The notes beneath the pieces are model-generated. The model saw nothing but the letters and a program-made list of their open reading frames with translations. It was not told where the DNA came from and did no database searches. DNA of 64,000 bases, taken from assembly GCA_963819085.1 (NCBI GenBank), contig CAWFUX010000049.1, positions 24,382-88,381 on the forward strand, read 5' to 3'. This document shows, piece by piece, positions 40,716 through 50,237 of the stretch. Made by a program: the position numbers and the translations under genes. Each line of letters starts with the position of its first letter. The stretch's first letter is position 1. The stretch comes from an uncultured delta proteobacterium (GTDB lineage: Bacteria > Myxococcota_A > Polyangia > Polyangiales > Polyangiaceae).

Positions 40716-41855
40716 TTACTCGTCTTGGTCCTCGGACTCCTCAATGAAGGAGCTATTACTGGCCGGAAGCTCACCTAAATTGGCCGCAAGTTCCATGATT
40801 TGATGGTGGCGTTGAATCTTCACTGTAACGCGCTTGTTGACCCCAGCCATGCTAGCCAACCATCGAAGGCGCTCCGGCCCTACGATGGGCTGATTCTGAA
40901 ATTCGACAATGATATCGTCAACCAGAAATCCAGCCTTCTCGGCGCCACTCTGGGGTTGGACGGCGCGCACGATTGTTCCGGCGATCGTGCCAAGCTGAAG
41001 CCTTCGAATGTCGTTCGCTGAAATGAAGTCCACGCGAACGCCGAGAGCGGACCGCTGAACGTGTCCCGAACTTACCAGGATCGGGAGTATTTCGCGGACC
41101 ATGTTGATGGGAATCGCGAATCCGATCTTGTTCGAATGGGCCCGAATTGCAGTACAGATTCCGACTACACGCCCATTTAGGTCAACGAGTGGACCACCTG
41201 AATTGCCCGGGTTGATACTTGCGTCGGTCTGGAGAAAGTCAAAATAGCCTGTTCCATCGCCCAGTCCCTCGAGATCGCGAATTGTGCGACCGCGTGCAGA
41301 AACTATTCCCGCTGACACCGTATGCGAGAGCCCAAAAGGGTTGCCTATTGCAAGCACCCAATCACCCACGCGAAGCTCGTCCGAATTACCAAGGGGCAAC
41401 GCGGGTAACGAGTGCTGTGCGACGCGTAGGATCGCGACGTCAGTGGGTGGGTCCGCGCCGACGACTTCCGCTGGGAAATCGCGACCATCCTTGAAGACGA
41501 TACGAATTTCGCTGGCATCGACGACAACGTGATGATTGGTCAGAACAAGGCCATTGCTGTCGTAAACGAAGGCACTGCCGAGTCCTTCGCCCGTCAATCG
41601 TCGCTTTCCGGAACGGGAAGGCAACTCCTGCCGCGTTCGCACTTGCACGACGGACGGGTCCGCAGCTGCTGCCAATTCACTAAAGCTTACGGGTAGACAT
41701 ATCGGCCTCGTCTTCGCGGTCGCACCTCCCGACCGCAATTGCACTAATGATGCTTGCGCAACCGAAGGCCTTTTCCGCGAAAGCCACCGATTCCCACGAT
41801 GACTACATCCGAGCAGGCATCGGCCCAAAATGATTATGAGTAGCCAGCCCCTCAC
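40716..41855 (-). CDS. HtrA/DegP-family serine protease with PDZ domain (lipoprotein signal)
   Basis: The lipobox is CLLGC. The catalytic His, Asp and Ser sit in LTNHHVV, DVAILRV and GNSGGPLVDLNGRVVGI. A C-terminal PDZ-like region carries AEKAGFLVDDIIVEF. Confidence 0.85.
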   Translation of the reverse strand: MRGWLLIIILGRCLLGCSHRGNRWLSRKRPSVAQASLVQLRSGGATAKTRPICLPVSFSELAAAADPSVVQVRTRQELPSRSGKRRLTGEGLGSAFVYDSNGLVLTNHHVVVDASEIRIVFKDGRDFPAEVVGADPPTDVAILRVAQHSLPALPLGNSDELRVGDWVLAIGNPFGLSHTVSAGIVSARGRTIRDLEGLGDGTGYFDFLQTDASINPGNSGGPLVDLNGRVVGICTAIRAHSNKIGFAIPINMVREILPILVSSGHVQRSALGVRVDFISANDIRRLQLGTIAGTIVRAVQPQSGAEKAGFLVDDIIVEFQNQPIVGPERLRWLASMAGVNKRVTVKIQRHHQIMELAANLGELPASNSSFIEESEDQDE

Positions 41856-42199
41856 TTTCGTCGAGAAACCTCCACGTATCGCAAGCGCAGATCATAGAGC
41901 GCCTGTTGAAGCACTCGCTCTTCTTCACCGGTCAGGTTGGCGCGCGTCTTTTGTTCGAGTAGTCCAAGTAAGTCGATAGTCTGACGTGCCATCGGGAGAT
42001 TCTGATCCGTCGTGCCGTCGACAGGATTAGGGGCGTCACCTAAGTGCACAAGCACCGAGTGACTCAAGGACAATACGAAAGTCGAGAAATCAATTTTTGG
42101 GAATTCGTCGGAAGCGGAGGCTTCGCCGGCTTCAACTTCGGGTCCATCGACTTGCGAGGATTCGACGTCCGTGGCCGATGCCGGGGGCCGTTGACTCAC
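41852..42199 (-). CDS. DUF1844 domain protein
   Basis: IDFSTFVLSLSHSVLVHLGDAPNPVDG...ARQTIDLLGLLEQKTRANLTGEEERVLQQALYDLRLRYV matches the DUF1844 pattern as I remember it. Confidence 0.7.
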   Translation of the reverse strand: MSQRPPASATDVESSQVDGPEVEAGEASASDEFPKIDFSTFVLSLSHSVLVHLGDAPNPVDGTTDQNLPMARQTIDLLGLLEQKTRANLTGEEERVLQQALYDLRLRYVEVSRRK

Positions 42200-42456
42200 A
42201 AAGCGTCTCCCCCGTCTGTTTCTTCGTCGTCACTTTCGTCGGAAGCTGGGGCTGGCGGGTAGGATTGTCGGTTCGACAGCGTTGCCGCCGCGGAGGCGTC
42301 TAATGCAGGCTGATTGAGTGGTACCGATTCAATTGATGTCTCGAGATCTGGTAGCGCCTCCAGAATCCGATTCACATCTTCCGTAGTAATTCGACCGGCG
42401 CGCAACATTCGGTCACGAACCCTCACATCATATTTGAACATTTCCGGATCGCGCAT
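42196..42456 (-). CDS. Hypothetical small acidic protein
   Basis: The ORF has a 4-nt overlap with the downstream DUF1844 gene. No domain is recognised. Confidence 0.4.
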   Translation of the reverse strand: MRDPEMFKYDVRVRDRMLRAGRITTEDVNRILEALPDLETSIESVPLNQPALDASAAATLSNRQSYPPAPASDESDDEETDGGDAL

Positions 42457-42525
42457 TTTTCGAAACTCTCCGTCTTCGTCTTCAGACCTGCAAAGTGAGT
42501 CTTTGTGATTTGGGTACGCGGCGTA

Positions 42526-43170
42526 TTAGCGCCCAGGCCGCCCTCGAAGCAAGCGCCCCGCCGGCATCAAGCCACCGTCCTTAGGATCGTACGGTGTTTT
42601 TGCCTGGGCCTGTGTGTCCTCAAGCTCCTGCTTGTCGGCTTGCCTAATGCTCCGGACAAAGAACTCTAGCTCAATCGAGCTGGCCGGCCAAAGGTGATTT
42701 AGGTCTACTTTCACGAACTCGGGTTGCACTTCAACGATGCGCAATACAACAACCGCCCCGCCATCCTGTTCGGCCTCGAAATGGTCACCCGCCACAACAT
42801 CGGGAGGAAACTCATCGCGATCGAATTCGATTAGCTTCGCCGCATCCCGCTCACCAAACGCCTCTTTGGGTTGTAGCTTGAGTGTTGCCCGATCGCCCAC
42901 ACCTAAACCAATTAGAGCCCTTTCTATGCGCGGCAAAAGCTGGCCCGAACCAATAACCGTCGTAAAGGAACTTTGGTCACCCTGGACACTTTGGCCTTCA
43001 ACGTCCCGCAGAATGAAGTCGACTTTGACCAATTTTCCCTTCGTCACAGCCTCGGCGACTGTTGACGAGCCCGATTGGATGTCGTTAGAGCTGCCAACAG
43101 TCTGGGAATCGTCGTCTGATCCGTTCGAGCTAGTCATTGATTGAATATCTAATCGTGCCGTTGTGACCAA
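42526..43170 (-). CDS. FKBP-type peptidyl-prolyl cis-trans isomerase (SlyD-like)
   Basis: KGKLVKVDFILRDVEGQ...VIGSGQLLPRIERALIGLGVGDRATLKLQPKEAFGERD is the FKBP/SlyD core. The start may be the internal ATG at 43137. Confidence 0.75.
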   Translation of the reverse strand: MVTTARLDIQSMTSSNGSDDDSQTVGSSNDIQSGSSTVAEAVTKGKLVKVDFILRDVEGQSVQGDQSSFTTVIGSGQLLPRIERALIGLGVGDRATLKLQPKEAFGERDAAKLIEFDRDEFPPDVVAGDHFEAEQDGGAVVVLRIVEVQPEFVKVDLNHLWPASSIELEFFVRSIRQADKQELEDTQAQAKTPYDPKDGGLMPAGRLLRGRPGR

Positions 43171-43438
43171 GGAGGTTCGTTGTAGATTCGCCGCGGAATA
43201 ATAAAGTCAATGCGCAAAGAGCAAGCTCAATCGCGTCGCAATCTGCAACTGACCCCAATGTATCTATAGAACAGCGATACACGCCCGCTCGTGCAATAAA
43301 TCCTTCAATCGCCCTGCCTGGTGCAAGGCCTTCGAGCCGCCTGGCTATCGAGGAGGGGTATTTTGAACGGTCGGGAACGCTCTGACCAAAGTCAACGGCC
43401 AGGTCTCTAATTGTGCTGGGGCGAATTGGCATTGGCAA
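43130..43438 (-). CDS. Hypothetical protein
   Basis: There is only an ORF, with no recognisable motif. Confidence 0.25.
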   Translation of the reverse strand: MPMPIRPSTIRDLAVDFGQSVPDRSKYPSSIARRLEGLAPGRAIEGFIARAGVYRCSIDTLGSVADCDAIELALCALTLLFRGESTTNLLGHNGTIRYSIND

Positions 43439-43556
43439 AAAAGGCAGTTTTGTGGTGCTTCAGGCCAAAAGCAAGGGTTCAATTGCAGACAGTCGATTGC
43501 CCCACTAGCCTAGCGCCCGTCGTGTCTAGAGGTAATATCATTTTCTGACTGTCATC

Positions 43557-44688
43557 TTGGTCGGCGTAGCGTGCCGAAAAAACCCCACCAAGAGCGATAA
43601 CCCCAAGCCGGTGGGGGTAGCTTCATCAGTTAGCGCGATTCCCAGCGTAGCCATTCGTGCTCCACTGGCGGGTGAACGCGTTGAAATACCAAGCGGAACT
43701 TTTCAAACAGGCAGTCAGCCCGGAACGCCAGGTAGACATCCAGCGCTCGAACCAATCCAACATTCGGTTGAGCTTGGTAGTTATGAAATCGACAGGCTTC
43801 CTTTTCCAAACGACCCAGCCCGCCCACCGTTGACCGGCCTCACTCGAGACGAATCAAGAAGCCGATGTGCGGAATCCGGCGCGAGATTATGCACGGAATT
43901 GGAGTGGGAACGCGCCTGCAAGGGTCCGGATAGCAAACCTTACTCAACAGGTGAACAATTCGATGGTCGCTGCCTGTTGCACCCCAATCAATGCGCAACT
44001 GGATTCGACGTGCTCGCAATGGGAATTGGACTTAGGGAGTGGACTGCGAGCGACATTGGCTCAACGGCGGACGCAATGGCCGTTGTGCGTGGGAGCAATG
44101 CGACTTCGCCGGACGAGGACCATCGTTGCGCGACTCGAGTAGGGAACAGGTCGAATTCTGCACGATAAGGACATTGGATTCAGATGCTGCAAGGGTGCAC
44201 CGAACGCGGCGATAGTGGCGGAACCTAGCCTAGGAAAGGCATTTGAAAAGGGGCAAATGAACATGCCACGGCTGGTCCAAATTCTAGATGGCAATCCGAT
44301 CACGAAGCAATTGGTTGGAAACGTCCAATTGTTTCGTGAACCTGAGGCAGCCGACACCGTCGTCGAAAAAGGCTCAGGGGACAAAAAAGGCCTGACCTTT
44401 TCCGTTGCTCCGATTTTTTGGAACCCCAGTTTGGGCGTACGCATCTTGCTCGTGACGGGACGCGCCGGAAAGGACACAAGCTTCGTGCTTGCATACAATG
44501 TCATCAATAAGGATGACTATTCTCTCGCGGCAAGCTTTATCATGCGAAATGAACCAGGCCCCGTCGCGCTTGCATTTGACGATTCCATTAGACCGCGCAT
44601 GTTCTTTTCAACCTGTTGGGGTTGCCCGGGTGAAACTGGAAAAATCCTATTTCGCGAACCAGAATCTGTCGTGATTGTCCAACCCTAA
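43557..44688 (+). pseudogene. Formylglycine-generating-enzyme (SUMF1/FGE-sulfatase) domain protein with extra C-terminal domain, one frame disruption
   Basis: The pieces are 43557-44168 and 44215-44688. The FGE-like strings are VEIPSGTFQTGS, YEIDRLPFPN, CTELEWERACKG, REWTAS and HRCATRV. The family-typical DIGFRCCKG lies in frame 1, open from 44143, which runs into the second piece. The shift lies between 44143 and 44166. Confidence 0.7.
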
Positions 44689-44760
44689 CGTCGCTTTTCA
44701 TTTTAGGTAGAGTTTCGGAGCGATGCGTGGGTGAATCATGGCGTATTCCCCGTGTCGGCG

Positions 44761-45463
44761 TCAATCTAGGGGCACGACCAATTCGAACACATTGTGGCCG
44801 TCTGCTTCTATCGCCGATATTCGGGCCCCGGCGGCTTCAGCCGCAATTGTGGCTACAAACAGCCCAAGCCCCCGGCTGTATCTACCTCCGCCGCTGCCTT
44901 TCGCGGCGACTTGGCCTTTGGCCGTAAACGCCGCTTGTCGCAACTCTTGAACTACAGGGGCGCCCGCATCTGAGACAGAGATCAAACAGTCGAGCTTCTC
45001 GACCCGCAATGACACTCGAATGGTGCCACCCCCACCGTGCTGTATTGAGTTGCACACGAGGTTGCCCAAAGCCTTGGACAGCATTTCCCGATTGGATCGG
45101 ACATAGATGTCGTTGGTCAACACGTCGCGCGGCACGTGCAAATGCCCACCGTGACTGCGTGCAATTCGCTCACAGCGACCAATGACTTCACTTATGACGC
45201 CTGCCGCCGAAATCCGAATCCGCGACGCTTGCCTTCGTCCAAGCAAGAATTGGCTGACGATATCAAGGTTGTCGATTATATGCGCCAACGCCTCACAAGA
45301 GACGCCGGCATCATCAAGGGCCTCTTGACGTTCGGGGTCACCCGACGTCAGAGGAACTTGCTACAAAACTCACATTACTATGCAATGCCGACAGGGGATT
45401 GCGTAAATCATGAGCAACTAGCGCAATAAGCTGACCAGTTAATTCTGATTCGAGTGGCTCCAC
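44761..45463 (-). pseudogene. Small cytoplasmic histidine kinase (HisKA + HATPase_c, no sensor domain), one frame disruption
   Basis: Track ORF 44761-45288 holds the N-box NLVCNSIQHGGGG, G1 SVSDAGAP and G2 GGGRYSRGLGLFVA. The H-box LIALVAHDLRNPLSALHSNVSF (His codon 45410-45412) lies upstream in another frame that opens at GTG 45463. The frames must join within 45335-45362. Confidence 0.7.
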
Positions 45464-45506
45464 GAATCACCCCGTGCCTCGATATGAGGCACGCCCGGCA
45501 TGCTGA

Positions 45507-45770
45507 TTATCCGCTATCCGATTCTTCATCATCGGCGATGTCGTTCACGCTTGGAATTTTCTTAACGTCTAGCCGAGCTAGCTTCCAAGCACGCTGTACG
45601 ACCCAGGACAAGGAGCGATCGAGGCGTGCCGCCTCGTCTTTGATCTCCTGGAGCATGGCTTCGGGGAAGTACAAACTCTGCTTGCGTTTGTCGCTGCCTG
45701 CTTTGCTATTGGGTCCGTTATCGGCCACGCGCACAACCTCTCTTGGCATCATTGGGGGGTGAACAAGCAC
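45507..45770 (-). CDS. Ribbon-helix-helix (CopG/Arc-like) protein with acidic tail
   Basis: KQSLYFPEAMLQEIKDEAARLDRSLSWVVQRAWKLAR fits a beta-strand plus two-helix RHH pattern. The likely start is one of the internal Met codons (MMPREV). Confidence 0.55.
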   Translation of the reverse strand: MLVHPPMMPREVVRVADNGPNSKAGSDKRKQSLYFPEAMLQEIKDEAARLDRSLSWVVQRAWKLARLDVKKIPSVNDIADDEESDSG

Positions 45771-45786
45771 CCGTGTAAGAGTTCGA

Positions 45787-45969
45787 TTACCTTTCTACCA
45801 CCTTTGAGGCCAACCGATCAATCGAGTCCTCAGGGAATCGGTAGATCTGGCGGCCGACTGGTCGCCCAAGGCAGAGCGGAACTCCGCCATGGTTTTTCTG
45901 CGAAAATCGAACATTCATTGGCATGAGCTGGTTCGATCCGCAGTCGCTAGCAATTGCAGCCGTTGCCAT
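45787..45969 (-). CDS. Possible small helix-turn-helix (excisionase/MerR-like) protein
   Basis: GGVPLCLGRPVGRQIYRFPEDSIDRL resembles the wing of excisionase-type HTH domains. The ORF overlaps the S41 protease start on the other strand by 47 nt. Support is weak. Confidence 0.25.
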   Translation of the reverse strand: MATAAIASDCGSNQLMPMNVRFSQKNHGGVPLCLGRPVGRQIYRFPEDSIDRLASKVVER

Positions 45970-47152
45970 AATAAATTTCGGCTCGTTGCCCGCTCTGGCG
46001 GCCTCAAGTCACCCTTACAACATCATCGACCAATTCGCGGAAGTGCTGTCGGTAATCGAGGAAGGCTACGTGGAGCCACCTGCTCGTGATAAGTTGGGCG
46101 AAGCCGCAATCACGGGAATGGTCGGCGCACTCGATCCTCATTCAGTGTACATGCCAGCCGAACAATACGAAGATTTCCGCCAAGAAACGTCGGGGAGATT
46201 TGCCGGGATTGGCGTGGAGGTGGACCTCCGCAATGGCCAAGTAGTAATCGTGTCTCCAATCCCCGGTTCGCCGGCAGAGGTCGCCGGATTCCAATCCGGA
46301 GACCGAATAGTAATGGTGGATGGAGTACCACTCGACACGATTCCTCTGACTGAAATTGTTCATCGTATGCGAGGGATCAAGGGAACAACTGTTCGCCTTC
46401 TGATACGCCGCGGCTGCCGAGCAATCTGCGATTAATTACACGGTCGTTCGTGACGACGTTAAACTTCCTAGTATTTATGTCCGCTATTTCGACGGGCAGA
46501 TCGCGTATCTTCGAATAGCCGCATTTCAAGAGGGCACGCATACCGAACTGCTGGAAAAAATGGGGGCGCTAAAGATGAAATTTCGGCCCTTGCCGTGGCA
46601 TTATTCTGGATCTCCGCGACAATCCTGGCGGACTCGTTTCTGAATCGATTGCTGTTGCAGATGAGTTTTTAAACAAGGGGACCCTTATTTTTCACTCGAC
46701 ATCGAGGAAAGTTAATCGAGCAAGTCGAAACTACGAGATTACGGTAATTTTGAAAAGGTTCCACTCGTAACGATGGTGGATTCCGGCACTGCAAGCGCGG
46801 CCGAAATAGTGGCTGGCGCACTGAAGGATCGAAACCGATCAGTCTTGCTCGGAAGCGGACATTTGGCAAAGGCACGGTTCAGTCAATTATCGACCTGCCA
46901 GGTGGTGCCGGATTGAGACTCACGACACTTCGCTATTACACGCCTTCCGGCATTGGTATACAGGCTTCAGGCATTGCGCCGAACCAACTGTTGATTTCCA
47001 AGCAAGAAAAGTCGTCAGAGATTTTGCGTGAATCCGATTTATCTGGTCACTTACCTAGCGAAAATTTCGGAGGCCGTCGCCTCCAAATGTGCATGCTAGT
47101 GAAGAGCCACCACACGCAAGTCAGCCGTGCGAAATACCCAAACCTCTATTGA
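45923..47152 (+). pseudogene. S41 carboxy-terminal processing protease (Ctp/Prc family), at least 5 frame disruptions
   Basis: The N-terminus and PDZ domain are intact in 45923-46435 (GIGVEVDLRNGQVVIVSPIPGSPAEVAGFQSGDRIVMVDG). The rest reads only by frame hopping: AAEQSAINYTVVRDDVKLPSIYVRYFDGQIAYLRIAAF; GIILDLRDNPGGLVSESIAVADEFLNKGTLI; FTRHRGKLIEQVE; DYGNFEKVPLVTMVDSGTASAAEIVAGALKDRNRSVLLG (catalytic Ser); RTFGKGTVQSIIDLPGGAGLRLTTLRYYTPSG (catalytic Lys). The shifts lie near 46409, 46581, the T5 run at 46688-46692, 46728-46736 and 46854-46855. Confidence 0.8.
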
Positions 47153-47337
47153 CCTGTCGCAGAGAATTCAACAATTACCGCTATAGCCCGATCCAATTCT
47201 TCGGACGAGGCTATTGCGCTAGCGTACAGACGATATTGCACCAGCTGAATCAGCACAACTGAGGTTGGCCCGCCGGGACCCTATTGGAGTTCGTGCCCTG
47301 TAACGGACACACGACCAGGGAGTTGCGCCATCAAGTA

Positions 47338-50056
47338 TCAGTTTGCTCCGAATACTAGTTGCCTCAATACATAATTCAGTATCCCGCCATTCTTATAGTA
47401 TTCGAGCTCCACGAGAGTGTCGATTCGGACCCGAACACCAAAGTTTCGCACTTGCCCACCAGGCTCCACGATTTCTACATTGAGTAATTTTCGCGGACTC
47501 AGGCCTTCGGCGATCCCAAGAATATTGATAATGAGGTGCCCGCTGAGTCCGAGCGATTCCTGGCTGTCCCCATCCAGAAATTCTAGCGGCAACACACCCA
47601 TGCCGATAAGATTGCTGCGATGAATCCGTTCGAAGCTCTCTGCGATAACAGCGCGGATCCCTAGCATGTAGGTGCCTTTAGCTGCCCAATCTCTCGACGA
47701 GCCCGACCCGTATTCTTTGCCGGCCACGATAATTAGCGGTGTGCCCTCTTTTTGGTAGCGCATCGCCGCATCAAAAATACTCAGCTTGGTGCCGGTGTCC
47801 GCGTGAATAGTCCACGGCCCTTCGGAATCGGGAACCAAGCGATTCTTCAAGCGGACATTCGCAAATGTTCCGCGCATCATTACTTCGTGGTTACCTCGGC
47901 GTGCGCCGTATGAGTTATACTCTGCGGGCGCTACACCGTTTTCACTGAGGTACTTAGCTGCAGCCGAATCCTTCGCGATATTCCCTGCGGGAGAGATGTG
48001 GTCGGTCGTGACGAAGTCGCCTAAGCAACGCGAGAATTCTTGCCGCCTTAATGTCAGCAAGCGGGGCTGGCATTTGTGCCAGTGACTCGAAGAACGTGGG
48101 TTTTCTTACGTAAGTGCTAGTCGGGTCCCAATCGAATTGCGAGCCGTTGGGGACGGGCAGTGACCGCCAGCGATCGTCACCAAGGATTTCCTTGCCATAC
48201 TCTGCATGGTATTCCTTCGCGGTAACGCACTTATCCAAAAGGCCCTGTATTTCTTCGGCAGTCGGCCAGATGTCGCGCAAGAAATACGCTTTGACCCTTC
48301 GAGATCGAGGCCCAAGACTCTCAGTCTCGAAATCAATATCAATATGCCCCACCAACGAATATGCGACTACCAAGGGAGGACTCGCCAGGTAGTTTGCACG
48401 AACATCCGGGCTAATTCGACCCTCGAAGTTGCGATTGCCACTAAGGACGCTTACAGCTACGAGATTTGCGTCGGCTATCGCTTTGCTGATTGACTCTGAA
48501 AGGGGACCGCTATTTCCAATGCAAGTGGTGCAGCCATAACCGACAACAAAGAACCCCAACGATTGAAGAGGCTCAAGGAGGCCTGCCTTTTCCAGGTACC
48601 GGGTTACGACGCGAGAGCCGGGCGCAAGGCTTGTCTTTACCCAAGGTTTTGCGACAAGCCCGCGTTCGACCGCTTTCTTAGCTAGCAATCCAGCGCCTAA
48701 CATGACGCTAGGATTGGAGGTGTTCGTACATGAAGTGATTGCGGCAATCACAACCGAGCCATGGGCTAACTTTGTCCTGACTGCCGTTTACCTTTACGTC
48801 GACTGAGGCAGCCAAATTGGAGGGCGACTTTTCGCCAGTCTTTTTGCCGACTACGAGTTCGGGAAGTGCCTTTAGCCAGGATTGCTTTACGTCGCGCAGT
48901 GGGACGCGATCGTGGGGGCGCCTTGGCCCCGCGAGCGTTGGGACAATCTCCGATAATTCTACGGTTATCACTTTACTGTAGCGGACCTTGGAACCGTCTA
49001 GCGGATGCAAACGTCCCTTGCGCTCGAGCATAGGCTTCAACGAGTGCCACCTGAGCCTCGTCACGACCAGTCATGCGGAGGTACTCTAGGGTCTTGTTGT
49101 CAATAGGGAACAGCGCGCATGTGGACCCAAACTCAGGCGACATGTTGGCAATTGTCGCCCGATCCGCAAGACTGAGACATTCGAGGCCGGGCCCAAAGAA
49201 TTCGACGAAATTTTCCAACGACGCCCTCGTCCCTAAGAACTTTGGTGATGCTTAGGACGACATCCGTGGCGGTCACTCCTGTATTCAGAGCACCGACAAG
49301 CTGAACGCCTAGAACCTGCGGTGCCAACAAGTTCAGCGGCTGACCTAGCATTGCCGCTTCGGCCTCGATTCCGCCAACACCCCAGCCCAGCACGCCGAGC
49401 CCGTTGACCATTGTGGTGTGACTATCCGTTCCTACAAGTGTATCGAAGAATGCAAGCCCGTCACGTTCGAACACGACGCGTGCAAGGTGTTCCAGATTGA
49501 CTTGATGGACTATGCCCGTAGACGGTGGGATTACTTTGAAGTTCTCGAACGCCTGCTGAGCCCACCTGAGAAGCGCATAGCGTTCACCATTTCTGCCATA
49601 TTCCTTGTCAACGTTGAGTGAAAGTGACTTCGACGAGCCGGAAAATCAACCTGTATCGAGTGGTCGATTACTAGCTCCGACGGAAACAGCGGATTGATAC
49701 GCGAGGGGTCGCCACCTAACGCAGTGACGGCGTCGCGCATTGCGGCTAGGTCAACCACCGCCGGGACCCCCGTGAAATCTTGCAAGACTACGCGTGCGGG
49801 GTGCATAGCAATCTCAGCAGAGGGCCGCGACTCCGGAACCCAATTGGCAATTGCCTCAATGTCCCCGCGAGTCACGGCCGTTCCATCTTCGTGCCGCAAC
49901 AGATTTTCAAGGAGGATCTTGAAAGCGAACGGCAGTCGATTTACGTCAATCCCCGAAGCTTGCGCGAAGGCCGAAAGACTGTAGTAGCTAATCGTTCGTC
50001 CATTCAGGCTTAGTGGTCAACAGCAGTCGAAATGAGTCCAAAGATCGTTTGCTCAT
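47338..50056 (-). pseudogene. acnA: Aconitate hydratase A, at least 6 frame disruptions
   Basis: An ATG at 50056 follows GGAGA and opens MSKRSLDSF... The family sequence can then be followed through seven frame segments. These are ..[48 protein letters not shown] (to 49531); IVHQVNLE../[26 protein letters not shown] (49133-49474); [27 protein letters not shown] (48973-49218); TLAGPRRPHDRV (48708-49064); [31 protein letters not shown] (47954-48751); and [25 protein letters not shown] (47338-48060). The total span equals about 905 aa, the normal AcnA size. Confidence 0.9.
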
Positions 50057-50101
50057 GTTGTCTCCGGGTGCATTTGGGTTATTGCCCGCGCCGGTTTCCG
50101 C

Positions 50102-50133
50102 AGCGCATGGGCTTTCCGCCCCTAGCGCATGGG
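50102..50133. repeat. Direct repeat AGCGCATGGG x2 (22-nt period) in the acnA/serA divergent intergenic region
   Basis: The copies at 50102-50111 and 50124-50133 were read directly from the sequence. Function is unknown. Confidence 0.4.
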
Positions 50134-50237
50134 TGCAGGGGCGGCAACGGCCGTCCATGATTGATCGCCCAGCGCTGCTAGGCTATTGCCTTCGGCCTTG
50201 AGTCTCTGTCCGTATCCCGGGCCAACAAGGATTAAAG

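Noticed and set aside
45787-45969. The excisionase-like HTH as a sign of an integrated mobile element
   Set aside because: There is no integrase, transposase, att-like repeat, tRNA target or compositional break nearby. The HTH call itself is weak.
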